From: a virus
Taxonomy: Duplodnaviria > Caudoviricetes
DNA: 25,741 nt
Reading direction: 5' to 3' (one strand)
IMG/VR virus record: IMGVR_UViG_3300008629_000027
Location: 1 to 25,741 of that record
Shown: one piece after another, positions 1 to 8,474 of the stretch
Layout: the number at the start of each line of letters is the position of its first letter
Position numbering within the stretch: position 1 is the first letter of the stretch
Made by a program: the position numbers and the translations under genes
The notes under the pieces: model-generated
What the model saw: only the letters and a program-made list of their open reading frames with translations
Told to the model about the DNA's origin: nothing
Databases searched by the model: none

Positions 1-350
1 CGACGAAACGTGTCCATGTCCGGGGTGGGCCGGGTCGTGACATCTTCATCTGGCGTGATGGACTGCTGGAGCCGGTCCAGCCCGCTCTCCACGAGAAACG
101 TCTGGACAGCGTTGATGGCGTCTGGGTCGTCGGTCATCTGGGACACCAACTGGGGCAGGTTCCCACGGGCCCCGCACGAGTAGCAAATCCACAGACCCGT
201 ATCGAGGCTCATGGACCACGACGGGCTGCGGTCTTCACGTCCAGTCACCAGATGATGGACCGGGCACCTCCCCCCGGCCTCCGTCTCACTGACGGTCGTC
301 ACGTCCACGCCCAAGTGGCTCAGGACACCGACCAGATCATCACCAATCAT
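1..350 (-). CDS. dnaG: DNA primase, N-terminal Zn-binding domain (partial, runs off the left edge)
   Basis: Not in the ORF track. Manual translation from ATG at 350: MIGDDLVGVLSHLGV...RCPVHH...EDRSPSWSMSLDTGLWICYSCGARGN, a CHC2 zinc finger (CPxH...CxxC). Overlaps the helicase 3' end. Confidence 0.88.
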   Translation of the reverse strand, partial: MIGDDLVGVLSHLGVDVTTVSETEAGGRCPVHHLVTGREDRSPSWSMSLDTGLWICYSCGARGNLPQLVSQMTDDPDAINAVQTFLVESGLDRLQQSITPDEDVTTRPTPDMDTFR

Positions 351-1611
351 GGAAGTCATCAGGCACCTCGTCGTCGTCGTCGTCGTCGTCAGGACCAACC
401 TCGGAGAAGTCCATGTTCTCCCAGTCCCACTTGATCATAACCTCACCGTGGGGCGAGGTGCGGGACAGGATCACACGGACGATGGAACGATCATCGTAGT
501 CGGGGTCCTTCTCCACGGACATCACGATGTCAGAATCCTGCACGAAGGAGGAGGAGTATCCGATGGCGTCAGCCGTAACCCGGCGACTGGTGCGGCTGCT
601 CAACTTGGACGCCAGCACCTGCGTCGTGACCACAATGGGGGTCTTGAACTGCTGAGCCAAGCGCTTGAGGGAGCGGGTGATGTTGGTCAGGGCCTGCGGG
701 CTACCCTTGGGCTCACCGTGCTCATCGTCCATCATGTAGACGCCGTCCACGAAGACGATGCCGGGCTCGTGCTGCTTGATCTTGGCAGCGAGGCTGGAGA
801 CCGTGGTGGTGGACGAGATGTCCTCCACGATGATGAAATCCTTGCTGTTCTTCCGCATCCGCAGAGAACGGTCCAAACGCTTCACCTCGTCGGGCGTGGA
901 GAGGCCACGCAGCAGGTTCGTGTGGGAGACCTTGGACACGAACGCATCGTAGCGTGCGGCCTGCTCTTCCACGCTCATCTCGAAGGAGACCATAAGGGGC
1001 TTGACTCCGGCAGCGTTGGCAGTGATGGCCATGACCAAGGCGAGCATGGACTTGCCCCGCTTGGCCTCGCCCACGAAGGTGATCAACTGCTGGGGCCGGA
1101 TGCCAGCCGTCAGCCGATCCAGCCCCGGGAACCCGGTGGAGATGCCTACCAGTTCATCGGGCCGCTCCCGCATCTCGGCGTAGCGGGTCAACCGGTCCTC
1201 CCAGTCGTCTACCAGATTGATGTCCCGGGACTGGTTCGTGCTGCCGATGGTCTCCTGCAACCCAGAGGCGAGGCTGTTGATGGCGTCCATGGTCAGACCG
1301 GCGTTCATCTGGGACATCGTGCCGGTCAGGAGTTCCAGCATGGACGTGCGCCGGAAGCCCTCAATGACCTCCTCCACGAGCCGGGACAGGGACTCGGCCG
1401 ACGCATCACCCAGCGTGACCGATGGGTACTCCGTGGCGAGGGCACGCTCCGTGGGCACCTCATTGTGGCTGTGCCAGAACCCTAGGACCCACTCCCAGAT
1501 GGCCTTGTTGGCCTCAGAGAAGTGTCGTGGCTGGACCCCCAGCGAGACAGCGTCCGACAGGGACCGGTCCCTGAGAACCTTGCTGATGAGGAGTTGCTCA
1601 GCGCTTGCCAT
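340..1611 (-). CDS. dnaB: DnaB-like (SF4) replicative helicase, 423 aa
   Basis: GISTGFPGLDRLTAG, Walker A GEAKRGKS, H1a SFEM, H2 VFVDG, H3 ITRSLKRLAQQFKTPIVVTTQ, H4 IGYSSSFVQDSD; acidic C-terminal tail. Confidence 0.95.
   Translation of the reverse strand: MASAEQLLISKVLRDRSLSDAVSLGVQPRHFSEANKAIWEWVLGFWHSHNEVPTERALATEYPSVTLGDASAESLSRLVEEVIEGFRRTSMLELLTGTMSQMNAGLTMDAINSLASGLQETIGSTNQSRDINLVDDWEDRLTRYAEMRERPDELVGISTGFPGLDRLTAGIRPQQLITFVGEAKRGKSMLALVMAITANAAGVKPLMVSFEMSVEEQAARYDAFVSKVSHTNLLRGLSTPDEVKRLDRSLRMRKNSKDFIIVEDISSTTTVSSLAAKIKQHEPGIVFVDGVYMMDDEHGEPKGSPQALTNITRSLKRLAQQFKTPIVVTTQVLASKLSSRTSRRVTADAIGYSSSFVQDSDIVMSVEKDPDYDDRSIVRVILSRTSPHGEVMIKWDWENMDFSEVGPDDDDDDDEVPDDFHDW
370..390. repeat. 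(GTC)7 trinucleotide run encoding the poly-Asp tail of the helicase
   Basis: Seven perfect GTC units on +, read as GAC (Asp) x7 on -. Confidence 0.9.
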
Positions 1612-2055
1612 CTACAGTACCCACGTCCCGTCCGGCCGCACCACGCGGGCCTTGACTCCGATCATACGGGCCTGATCCTCGTTCGCCACGTGTACGACCA
1701 TAGACGGGTGGTGATACCTCAGATCGTCGGCAAGGACGCTCAAGGAATCGTAGGGGAGCACGGCCACGGACACCCCCTTGCGAAAGAGCCAGCCCTCAAT
1801 GGCGTCCGCCGCCCCGGGCGGGAGCAGGGTGTACACCTCCACCCCGATCCTCCTGCGGTTGACCAGATCGACCAGAGACTTGATGGGCATCTCGTGGGGC
1901 ACCCAGAGCCCGATGTAACGGTGCCACTCGTGCTGGCGGGAAGCCTTGGAGGCACGGTACTTGGCAACAGTGCCCGTGGGCGGGGAGGCGAGGACGCCCT
2001 CAAAGATGCACCCCTGCTGGATGGGAGCGAACGTACTGATGTCGTTAGATTCCAC
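1612..2055 (-). CDS. Hypothetical protein (~147 aa) in the replication cluster, possibly a degenerate HAD-like fold
   Basis: Likely GTG start at 2055 (MESNDISTF...) overlapping the upstream stop; stop abuts the dnaB ATG. CIFEGVL resembles HAD motif I (DxDGVL) without the Asp residues. Confidence 0.7.
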   Translation of the reverse strand: MESNDISTFAPIQQGCIFEGVLASPPTGTVAKYRASKASRQHEWHRYIGLWVPHEMPIKSLVDLVNRRRIGVEVYTLLPPGAADAIEGWLFRKGVSVAVLPYDSLSVLADDLRYHHPSMVVHVANEDQARMIGVKARVVRPDGTWVL

Positions 2056-2680
2056 GCTTGTGCTTCCGGTAGTTGGATGACCTGATGTCCACCCCGATGT
2101 TCGTCTGCGATACCAGAGCGTTAAATCGACTGGTGAGAACATCGTCCAGACGCCCGGTGTTCGACGTATAGATGGTGACCAGCCCACGGTCGTATCGACT
2201 GGCAGCCAGTTCGGTGAGGGACTGTCGTGCGTAGTCCGTGTTCCGGGTCTGGTCCACCCCGTCCAGCACTACCACGTCGTACACCTGTTGCAGGTAGGAC
2301 AGGAGGTGACCCTCAGCATACGAGTCGGGCATCACACCGTTGAAGTCACGATGATCGTCCAGAGCCCTCAGGTAGTCGGAGGCCGTGATGTAGTAGCCGC
2401 ACTGGCGGTACGTCCTGATGGCCGCCCTCAGGGCCGAGACAGCGAGGTGGGACTTGCCAGAACCGCTCTTCCCAACCAGATAGAGCCCGGTCAGGCGCTC
2501 GCGGTGGGTCGGGAACTCCTCCAGCCACTGCTGGACCTTGGCATGGGCGTGGGAGTCACCGACAGTAGTATCGTAGTTGCTCATACGGGCGTGCTCCAGC
2601 GCCGTCGGAATGCACGCACGCCGGGTCCGCTCGTCCTTGGGGCGGTGCCTCCAATAGTTGGTCCCGTGCCACTCAGTCAT
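2045..2680 (-). CDS. DnaC/IstB-like AAA+ ATPase (putative helicase loader), 211 aa
   Basis: GLYLVGKSGSGKSHLA Walker A, VVVLDG Walker B, TIYTSN sensor, N-terminal ACIP...ARMSNY; lies between the initiator and DnaB. Confidence 0.85.
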   Translation of the reverse strand: MTEWHGTNYWRHRPKDERTRRACIPTALEHARMSNYDTTVGDSHAHAKVQQWLEEFPTHRERLTGLYLVGKSGSGKSHLAVSALRAAIRTYRQCGYYITASDYLRALDDHRDFNGVMPDSYAEGHLLSYLQQVYDVVVLDGVDQTRNTDYARQSLTELAASRYDRGLVTIYTSNTGRLDDVLTSRFNALVSQTNIGVDIRSSNYRKHKRGI

Positions 2681-3329
2681 CGTTAACGATGTCCGAGATG
2701 TAGACCACGTCCTCCGTAGCCTGACGTGCCCTCGTCAACAACTTCTGTCGGTCTGCCAAGAACGCCCGCCACGCCGGAACGTCCCTCAGGTTGCGTGCGT
2801 CCCGCTCAAGGTCACAAGCGAAGAGAGTGATCATCTTCTTGATCTCCCAGTCCCTGACCCCGTGCTGGTCCAGCATCTCCTTGAAGTGTCGCCCCAGCGC
2901 CTTGGCGTTGACGTGGGACTGGATGGACATGGGCGTGTGCCGCTCCACCTCAGTCGTGAAGTATTGGACCAACCGGGGGATGCGGCCCTTCTCGAAGGGT
3001 TCCCCCTCCGGCTTGTCCCCGTCCTCTCCCAGCGTTTCCCATTCGTCCCAGTCGGTCATGTCCGGCCCTTCCATGTTGACGGTGTACCTGTTGGCGGAGT
3101 GGAGCGTCTGCTCCCGGGATACTACCCCGACCTCCACCAGAGTTTCAACCGCCCTTGCTGCGGTGCTGACGGAGCAGCCCATGCGTTGTGCCAGCCTCTG
3201 GTGACTGACACGCAGCGTGTTGTCCTTGGCCCCCATGAGACAGACCATCTCCACCAGAGCGGTAATGGCAGAGAACTTGCCCGAAAGGTGCGGCCCCACC
3301 CACTTGGGATAGCGCCCAAAGAACGACAT
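2673..3329 (-). CDS. Winged-HTH protein, putative replication initiator, 218 aa
   Basis: VSHQRLAQRMGCSVSTAARAVETLVEVGVV...NRYTV wHTH pattern; sits directly upstream of the DnaC-like gene. Confidence 0.72.
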   Translation of the reverse strand: MSFFGRYPKWVGPHLSGKFSAITALVEMVCLMGAKDNTLRVSHQRLAQRMGCSVSTAARAVETLVEVGVVSREQTLHSANRYTVNMEGPDMTDWDEWETLGEDGDKPEGEPFEKGRIPRLVQYFTTEVERHTPMSIQSHVNAKALGRHFKEMLDQHGVRDWEIKKMITLFACDLERDARNLRDVPAWRAFLADRQKLLTRARQATEDVVYISDIVNDD

Positions 3330-3332
3330 TAC

Positions 3333-3355
3333 GAGTACCTCTAATACAGGTACTC
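3333..3355. promoter_or_regulatory. Perfect 8-bp inverted repeat (hairpin or operator) over the initiator ribosome-binding site
   Basis: GAGTACCT-CTAATAC-AGGTACTC, filling almost the whole intergenic gap and ending 3 nt before the ATG at 3329. Confidence 0.6.
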
Positions 3356-4109
3356 AGTCGGACCAGACAGTGGCCTTGAGGAGGTCCCAAACCTCCAGAA
3401 TGGGAACGGCGGAAGTGAACGCCTTCCCGGTAGGAAGGACGACGACCAGCGTGGCGGTGAGGGTCTCGTCCGTCTCCTTCTCCCGGCGAACAAACTGGAG
3501 GACATTGTCCACGACCTCGTCATCATCCATTTCGTCAATATCCTCCGTCACCTCGCCCATCGAACGGTCCAACTGCTTGCGAATGGCCGGGGACAAACTG
3601 TCCATATCCTCGTCCGTGAGAGGCTCGATATTGTCCCCGTCTAGGGGCTCCACGGGGACGGGCCGGGTACCGTCAGTGGCCGGAGACTCCACCTCGATGG
3701 GGACCAGCCCGTTGGACAGGTCCAGCAGGGCGTGCCCACGGTCGAAGTACTCGCACACCAAGTGCTCGTTGTACTCCGGGGACTCATCGTCCCAGAGGAT
3801 CAGGGCAGTGGCGTCCGGGGGGATGGGGCTGAAGTGCAGTTCGGGGGAGTCGGTACCGCTCTCCCTGATGTCGGCCGAGGCGGCGCTGACAGCGGGGTGG
3901 ACGGCCTTGCGGTCCTTGGCGATCAGGGTGAAGGTGGCCCCGTTGTCCACGAGGAAGTCGTAGACCTTCATCATCCCCGGGGTGGGACGAGTGCCCGACC
4001 CCCCGACCCACGGGACATAGAAATGGCTGTCCGGGCCGAGGTCGGTGAGACCGGCGGTGATCACGTCCGCCGGGGCATCTCCCCGACCGGCAATGGCGTA
4101 GTTGGACAT
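3354..4109 (-). CDS. Hypothetical protein, 251 aa; N-terminal half possibly SLOG/YspA-like, acidic C-terminal half
   Basis: AGGAG SD upstream. YAIAGRG and ALILWDDES resemble the YspA-type IIAGSR and IAFWDGKS motifs; the family call is weak. Confidence 0.75.
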   Translation of the reverse strand: MSNYAIAGRGDAPADVITAGLTDLGPDSHFYVPWVGGSGTRPTPGMMKVYDFLVDNGATFTLIAKDRKAVHPAVSAASADIRESGTDSPELHFSPIPPDATALILWDDESPEYNEHLVCEYFDRGHALLDLSNGLVPIEVESPATDGTRPVPVEPLDGDNIEPLTDEDMDSLSPAIRKQLDRSMGEVTEDIDEMDDDEVVDNVLQFVRREKETDETLTATLVVVLPTGKAFTSAVPILEVWDLLKATVWSD

Positions 4110-4121
4110 GTTGTGTGTCTC

Positions 4122-4376
4122 CTATCGTAGGGTCCGTCGGAGGAACAGGTCCCCCGCCAGCGTCAGGCACCGTAGCGTAGCGTGACACAACGCCGCAAGT
4201 GCGGCGATGGCAAGGCCAGCAAGGGGCAGAGGGTGGGCGGGAGCGAGGATGGCTGCACCATACCCCAATGCGACGGCCGCCGCAACCTTGACCCACGGCA
4301 TCACGGGTCGGGGCAGCACCAGTTCCAGCAGGTGGACCGCCTTGTAGACAGCCAGTGCTCCGATCATGTACTCCAT
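4122..4376 (-). CDS. Small membrane protein, putative holin (~84 aa)
   Basis: ATG at 4376 preceded by GGGGA; about three hydrophobic segments and a basic C-terminus (RRTLR); located at the end of the structural module. Confidence 0.6.
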   Translation of the reverse strand: MEYMIGALAVYKAVHLLELVLPRPVMPWVKVAAAVALGYGAAILAPAHPLPLAGLAIAALAALCHATLRCLTLAGDLFLRRTLR

Positions 4377-4387
4377 GTGGTCCCCGG

Positions 4388-6523
4388 TCAATCGCTGTTG
4401 GTGCGGATGGTCCCCTCACTATACACGTCCGACACCCAACTGTGCGGATCGAAGGCTAGTTCGTCCCCGGGGAGGGCGTCGAAGGTCAGGTAGTGCCCGT
4501 GGCTGGTGGACGTGAAGTAGTTCGTACCGGTCAACTCCGTTGCCATAGTGACGGGCAGGTAGTGGAGCAGGGCCTTGCGGATGGCCGCACGGTTCCTGTG
4601 CCTCATGGGCGTGTACACGGACACGCTGTTGTTCGCTGTCCCAGTCCAGTAGTAGTCGCTGACCACAGAACTTCCTGAAACATAGGAGTTTCCCTCCAGT
4701 GAAGTTCCATCGAAATACGGCCCGTCACTGAACGGCTGAAACATCCATTCGTCCAACGTCACCGAAGCACTATTCCCCAAAGTCAGCACCAGCGTCGGGA
4801 ACAACTGTTCCACGCCGGTCTGCCGAAACGTGAACGTAGCCGTATCATCGGACGGAAGTTGTGTGGTAGAGGCGTAGGAAATGGTTGCCACCTTGTCGAT
4901 CAACAGGGTGTAGGCAACGCCCCCGGTGGTCTGCGTCAACTTGGTAACTACAGCGTTGCTGTTGGCCTCATCTATAACCTCGCCAGACGTGTTGATCGTA
5001 AGATCATCGGCTGTCAATACATTGGACGTTCCGTTGTGTACTGCCAAGTCAAATCGGTCGAACCTACTACCACTGGAAGGGTTGGCGTCCACCCTCGTCA
5101 ACTTGAGGCTGAACCCGTGGAAGTGCTGTCCGTCTCCACCATAGAGTCGGGCACGGAACAGGGTCCCGTGTTCGCTGCCCGTGAGATAGACAGCCGCAGT
5201 CTCCGTGTAGCCCGGGAGGACAGCGAAGCCGGGCCGCTGCTGGAAGGCGGTGGTGGCGTACCGTCCACCATCGGTCGCCTGTGTCAGGGTCTTGTAGTAA
5301 GCCGCCGAGGTGGAGTCGTCGCTCGTGAAGTACTTGGACTCGGTCGGAAGGGACGAGACGTTGGTAGGCTCTTCCCGGTAGAGCCTGACCTGCCCAGTGG
5401 TGTTGGTCATCGTGGCCCCGACCGAGGAGTAGTAGGGGACGCTCCGCTTGATCTGGACCGGGGTGCGGGGGAAGACGTAGACCGTGCCAGCACCCGTGGA
5501 GTTGGTGCTGAAGGTGACCCCGGTAGAGGCGCTGTGGTCCACCGTGATGCTCCCAGACGAGGCATTGGTGAGGTAGTTCCATGAGCCGGTGGACGAGGGC
5601 GTGCCGACGAACCGGGGATCGGCAATGAGGTTGGTACGGCTGGCCGAGACGGTGAAGTGGGCCCGCCGATAGGGGGACGTGGTGCTGGAGCCGGTCGTGT
5701 TGAACTCCCTGACGCTGACCTCCGAGTCCGTGATGACGGAGAGCATGTCGATGAGGGCGTCAGCCCGTCCACGCTGGGAGTAGTAACGTGCAGCGTCGTA
5801 GAGCAGTTCACGAATCTGGCTGGGCCGCAGTTCCTGAGCCGTGAACGGCAGGCCGGACACGTGGCAGAGTTGGTTCAGAGCGTCGTAGTGAACACGGTAC
5901 GGGTCCTTCTGTGCCATGATCTCCTCGCACAGGGAGCGCATCTGGTCGGCCTCCCACCCGAAGACCCTGACGTACTTCTCCAGATGGCCCGCAGTGTCCA
6001 GACTCCGATAGTAACGTGGAATGCGCTTCCACATACTGTCACCCAAGGCGTGGTACGTGGGGATCATCACAGAGGCGGTGGCGACACGGCGGGTGTAGAC
6101 GTTGCCCGAGGAATCCACGTACTGGTAGAAGATGGCGTAGTAGAGCCAGTTACTCAGGGACTCGGTAGACGAGACCTGATGGGTAATCGGGAGGGGCATG
6201 TCCTTGGTGGGCGTACGGTAGTCCAGCAGTTCGCCGTCGCTCCAGAACTCCGGGTAGCCGTCCCATGCGTACCTGATCTGCACCTCTTTGATGTTGGTGC
6301 CGCTAGAGGGGGTGGAGGTGTCTGGGTCAGCGTCCACCAGCCAGCCCACCTCCACGGACCACAGTTTGCGCTCCGTGTCGTAGTCAACGACCGAGGCGGT
6401 GACGAAAGCCTGCCGTGGGACGGGAACCGACTGGACGAACCCGTCCTGCCGGAGGGCACCGGTACCGGAGGTGTCCCGTAGGCCAGCGCTGGTGGTGTCC
6501 CTGAGACGAAAGGACTCGGCCAC
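4388..6523 (-). CDS. Baseplate wedge protein (P2 gpI / T4 gp7-like) with additional beta-rich domains, 711 aa
   Basis: MWKRIPRYYRSLD...DPYRV...ALNQL...RELLYDAARYYSQRG gpI-like pattern; follows the J-like gene with a TAGTG overlap. Confidence 0.78.
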   Translation of the reverse strand: MAESFRLRDTTSAGLRDTSGTGALRQDGFVQSVPVPRQAFVTASVVDYDTERKLWSVEVGWLVDADPDTSTPSSGTNIKEVQIRYAWDGYPEFWSDGELLDYRTPTKDMPLPITHQVSSTESLSNWLYYAIFYQYVDSSGNVYTRRVATASVMIPTYHALGDSMWKRIPRYYRSLDTAGHLEKYVRVFGWEADQMRSLCEEIMAQKDPYRVHYDALNQLCHVSGLPFTAQELRPSQIRELLYDAARYYSQRGRADALIDMLSVITDSEVSVREFNTTGSSTTSPYRRAHFTVSASRTNLIADPRFVGTPSSTGSWNYLTNASSGSITVDHSASTGVTFSTNSTGAGTVYVFPRTPVQIKRSVPYYSSVGATMTNTTGQVRLYREEPTNVSSLPTESKYFTSDDSTSAAYYKTLTQATDGGRYATTAFQQRPGFAVLPGYTETAAVYLTGSEHGTLFRARLYGGDGQHFHGFSLKLTRVDANPSSGSRFDRFDLAVHNGTSNVLTADDLTINTSGEVIDEANSNAVVTKLTQTTGGVAYTLLIDKVATISYASTTQLPSDDTATFTFRQTGVEQLFPTLVLTLGNSASVTLDEWMFQPFSDGPYFDGTSLEGNSYVSGSSVVSDYYWTGTANNSVSVYTPMRHRNRAAIRKALLHYLPVTMATELTGTNYFTSTSHGHYLTFDALPGDELAFDPHSWVSDVYSEGTIRTNSD

Positions 6524-8040
6524 TAGGAGACGCCCCCGGTCATACCGCTGACGGCGACCCCACGTAGCGTGGGCAGGTACACCGCCGACGAGGTGGTGGC
6601 GGTGATGGCAAAGTCCGCAGCGGACGTGCCGCTGGAGGAGCCACTGATGTTGCTCACGGTGACCGAGAGGACCCCGGGCACGGCCAAGGCCGCCGACGTG
6701 ATGTCAGCGAGCCGCACTGTCTGGTCGAACTTGATATTGTCCCAAGTGAACAGGGCCCGGACGGCGTCCTTGACGCCCTGCTGGACCTCGGTCTGCTGGT
6801 AGCCGTCCCTGATCTCGACCCTGCTGAACCCGACGTACACGTCCACCACGTTGACCGTGGTGCTGATCTGGTTCACCTGAACCCCGACCATGGACCGGTC
6901 CGACAGGTAGTCGCTGAGGTTGGAGTTGATGTCCGTACCGGCCGATCCGAAGTCGCTGGTCAGCGACAGGGCAGTTCCCAGATTGGAGCCACCCTCTGCG
7001 GTCGGAAGGCCACGCAGGTCGTAGTCGTCAAAGGACGGCAGGGCGGTGTAGTTGATGGTCACGGCCCCCGAAGAGGTGGTGCTCAGCGCATGGGCCTTTG
7101 ACACACCCGAGTAGCCCCGGATGACAGAGATGTAGTCGTTCAGTGTGACGGCCCGGTTCTGGGTACGGCGTAGGGTGGGAGCATTGAGTTTGATCGACGC
7201 CAGCGACTCAGGGTCGCCCCCGCCAGCGCCGGACGTGGAACTGGAGATGGATATGCCGGTGACCGGCGAGTCCATGAGCGTGATGGCGTTCGCTGACACG
7301 TTGCCGAGGGGCCCCTGACCGACACGGTAGGAGGCGGTGATGGTGACCCCGGTCGGCGGGACCAGTCCGTTCACTCCATTGCCCAGCACGACCACAGTAT
7401 TGTCCGAACTGTCGGTCACGGTAGTGAACACCGGAGCGGACGCTGAGGCGTCAGGAAGGCGGGGGTGATAGTTGTAGGTGGCCGTGCCAACCTTCAAGGA
7501 CAACGAGGCGGGCACCACCTTCTGCTCAGAGAGCACGAAGGACGATGCGGCCCGCCCCGAGAAGTTCGTGGTCAGCGTCTCCGTGACCTGCCTCCCCTCC
7601 AAGAGACTGATCGTGGCCGACGATCCGGCAGAGATGGTCGCTGCCGCAGTGGACGTGAAGTAGATGACCCCGGTAGAGGACGTGGCCGGGACGTTGAACA
7701 TGGTCCCCTTGGGGAGGGTAATGTCGGCGGTTCCGCTGGCCGACCCGTTGGCTACGGTTACCGTGGCCGTGGCCGAGGTCCGGGGATTGGGGGTGTAGCC
7801 CATAGCCTGCGCCAGAGCGTGGACCGACGCACGCTGGGTGGCGGTGGCCATGAACGCCTCGTTGTGCGCTCGGTCAAGGTAGTAGTTCTGAATGTCAGCA
7901 ACGTACGCCCACAGGTCGATGAGGGTCATGGCGAAGTCTGACGACTGGGCCCGTGACCATTCTGGGATGCTGGCCTTGGCCCGGGCCACGAGATCGGACT
8001 TGACCGAAGAGAAGTCCCGGCTGGTGTAGTTGGTGGGCAT
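6523..8040 (-). CDS. Baseplate J-like (T4 gp6) wedge protein, 505 aa
   Basis: NYTSRDF, YYLDRAHNEAFMATATQRASVHALAQAMGY, GGGDPESLASIK, QNRAVTLNDY motifs. Confidence 0.93.
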   Translation of the reverse strand: MPTNYTSRDFSSVKSDLVARAKASIPEWSRAQSSDFAMTLIDLWAYVADIQNYYLDRAHNEAFMATATQRASVHALAQAMGYTPNPRTSATATVTVANGSASGTADITLPKGTMFNVPATSSTGVIYFTSTAAATISAGSSATISLLEGRQVTETLTTNFSGRAASSFVLSEQKVVPASLSLKVGTATYNYHPRLPDASASAPVFTTVTDSSDNTVVVLGNGVNGLVPPTGVTITASYRVGQGPLGNVSANAITLMDSPVTGISISSSTSGAGGGDPESLASIKLNAPTLRRTQNRAVTLNDYISVIRGYSGVSKAHALSTTSSGAVTINYTALPSFDDYDLRGLPTAEGGSNLGTALSLTSDFGSAGTDINSNLSDYLSDRSMVGVQVNQISTTVNVVDVYVGFSRVEIRDGYQQTEVQQGVKDAVRALFTWDNIKFDQTVRLADITSAALAVPGVLSVTVSNISGSSSGTSAADFAITATTSSAVYLPTLRGVAVSGMTGGVS

Positions 8041-8049
8041 GGCGAATCC

Positions 8050-8472
8050 TTAGAGTGGGGTGAACACGTTGACGGTGTTGGGGTTCACCAACGACATGGA
8101 CAGGGTTGACGAGGTGAGAGAACTGTTCAATCGGTACTGGGCGTTCACGTAGAGGGTGGCCTCCGGGTCGCCGGGGCCGGACCACGACCCGTCGGGCGGC
8201 TTGTCAGTGATGTTCAGCGCCGTGACCACGCAGTTGGACAGGTGCCTGTTCAGGTGGGCCAGAGTTTCTTCCTTGTAGTCGGCCACCACCAAGGAGTCCA
8301 GCGTCTGGAACAGTAGGCGGGCGGTCCCGGCCCCGTAGGACGGGTCCATGACACGCTCGTACTTCTCGGTCATCAGGATGTTGATGATCTCCTGACGAGC
8401 GATCTCGTCAGGGTCATCGGTGGTCGCAACGCCAGCGTCGGTGAACGTGAACGGTACAGAGATGGTGAGCAA
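8050..8472 (-). CDS. gp25/GPW-like baseplate wedge (sheath initiator)
   Basis: ISVPF...IINILMTEKYERVMDPSYG...LLF signature. TTG at 8472 chosen as start; TTG at 8499 is the alternative. Confidence 0.9.
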   Translation of the reverse strand: MLTISVPFTFTDAGVATTDDPDEIARQEIINILMTEKYERVMDPSYGAGTARLLFQTLDSLVVADYKEETLAHLNRHLSNCVVTALNITDKPPDGSWSGPGDPEATLYVNAQYRLNSSLTSSTLSMSLVNPNTVNVFTPL

Positions 8473-8474
8473 CT

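Noticed and set aside
2673-3329. Iteron-type origin inside the initiator gene
   Set aside because: No convincing direct repeats or AT-rich unwinding tract found by eye.
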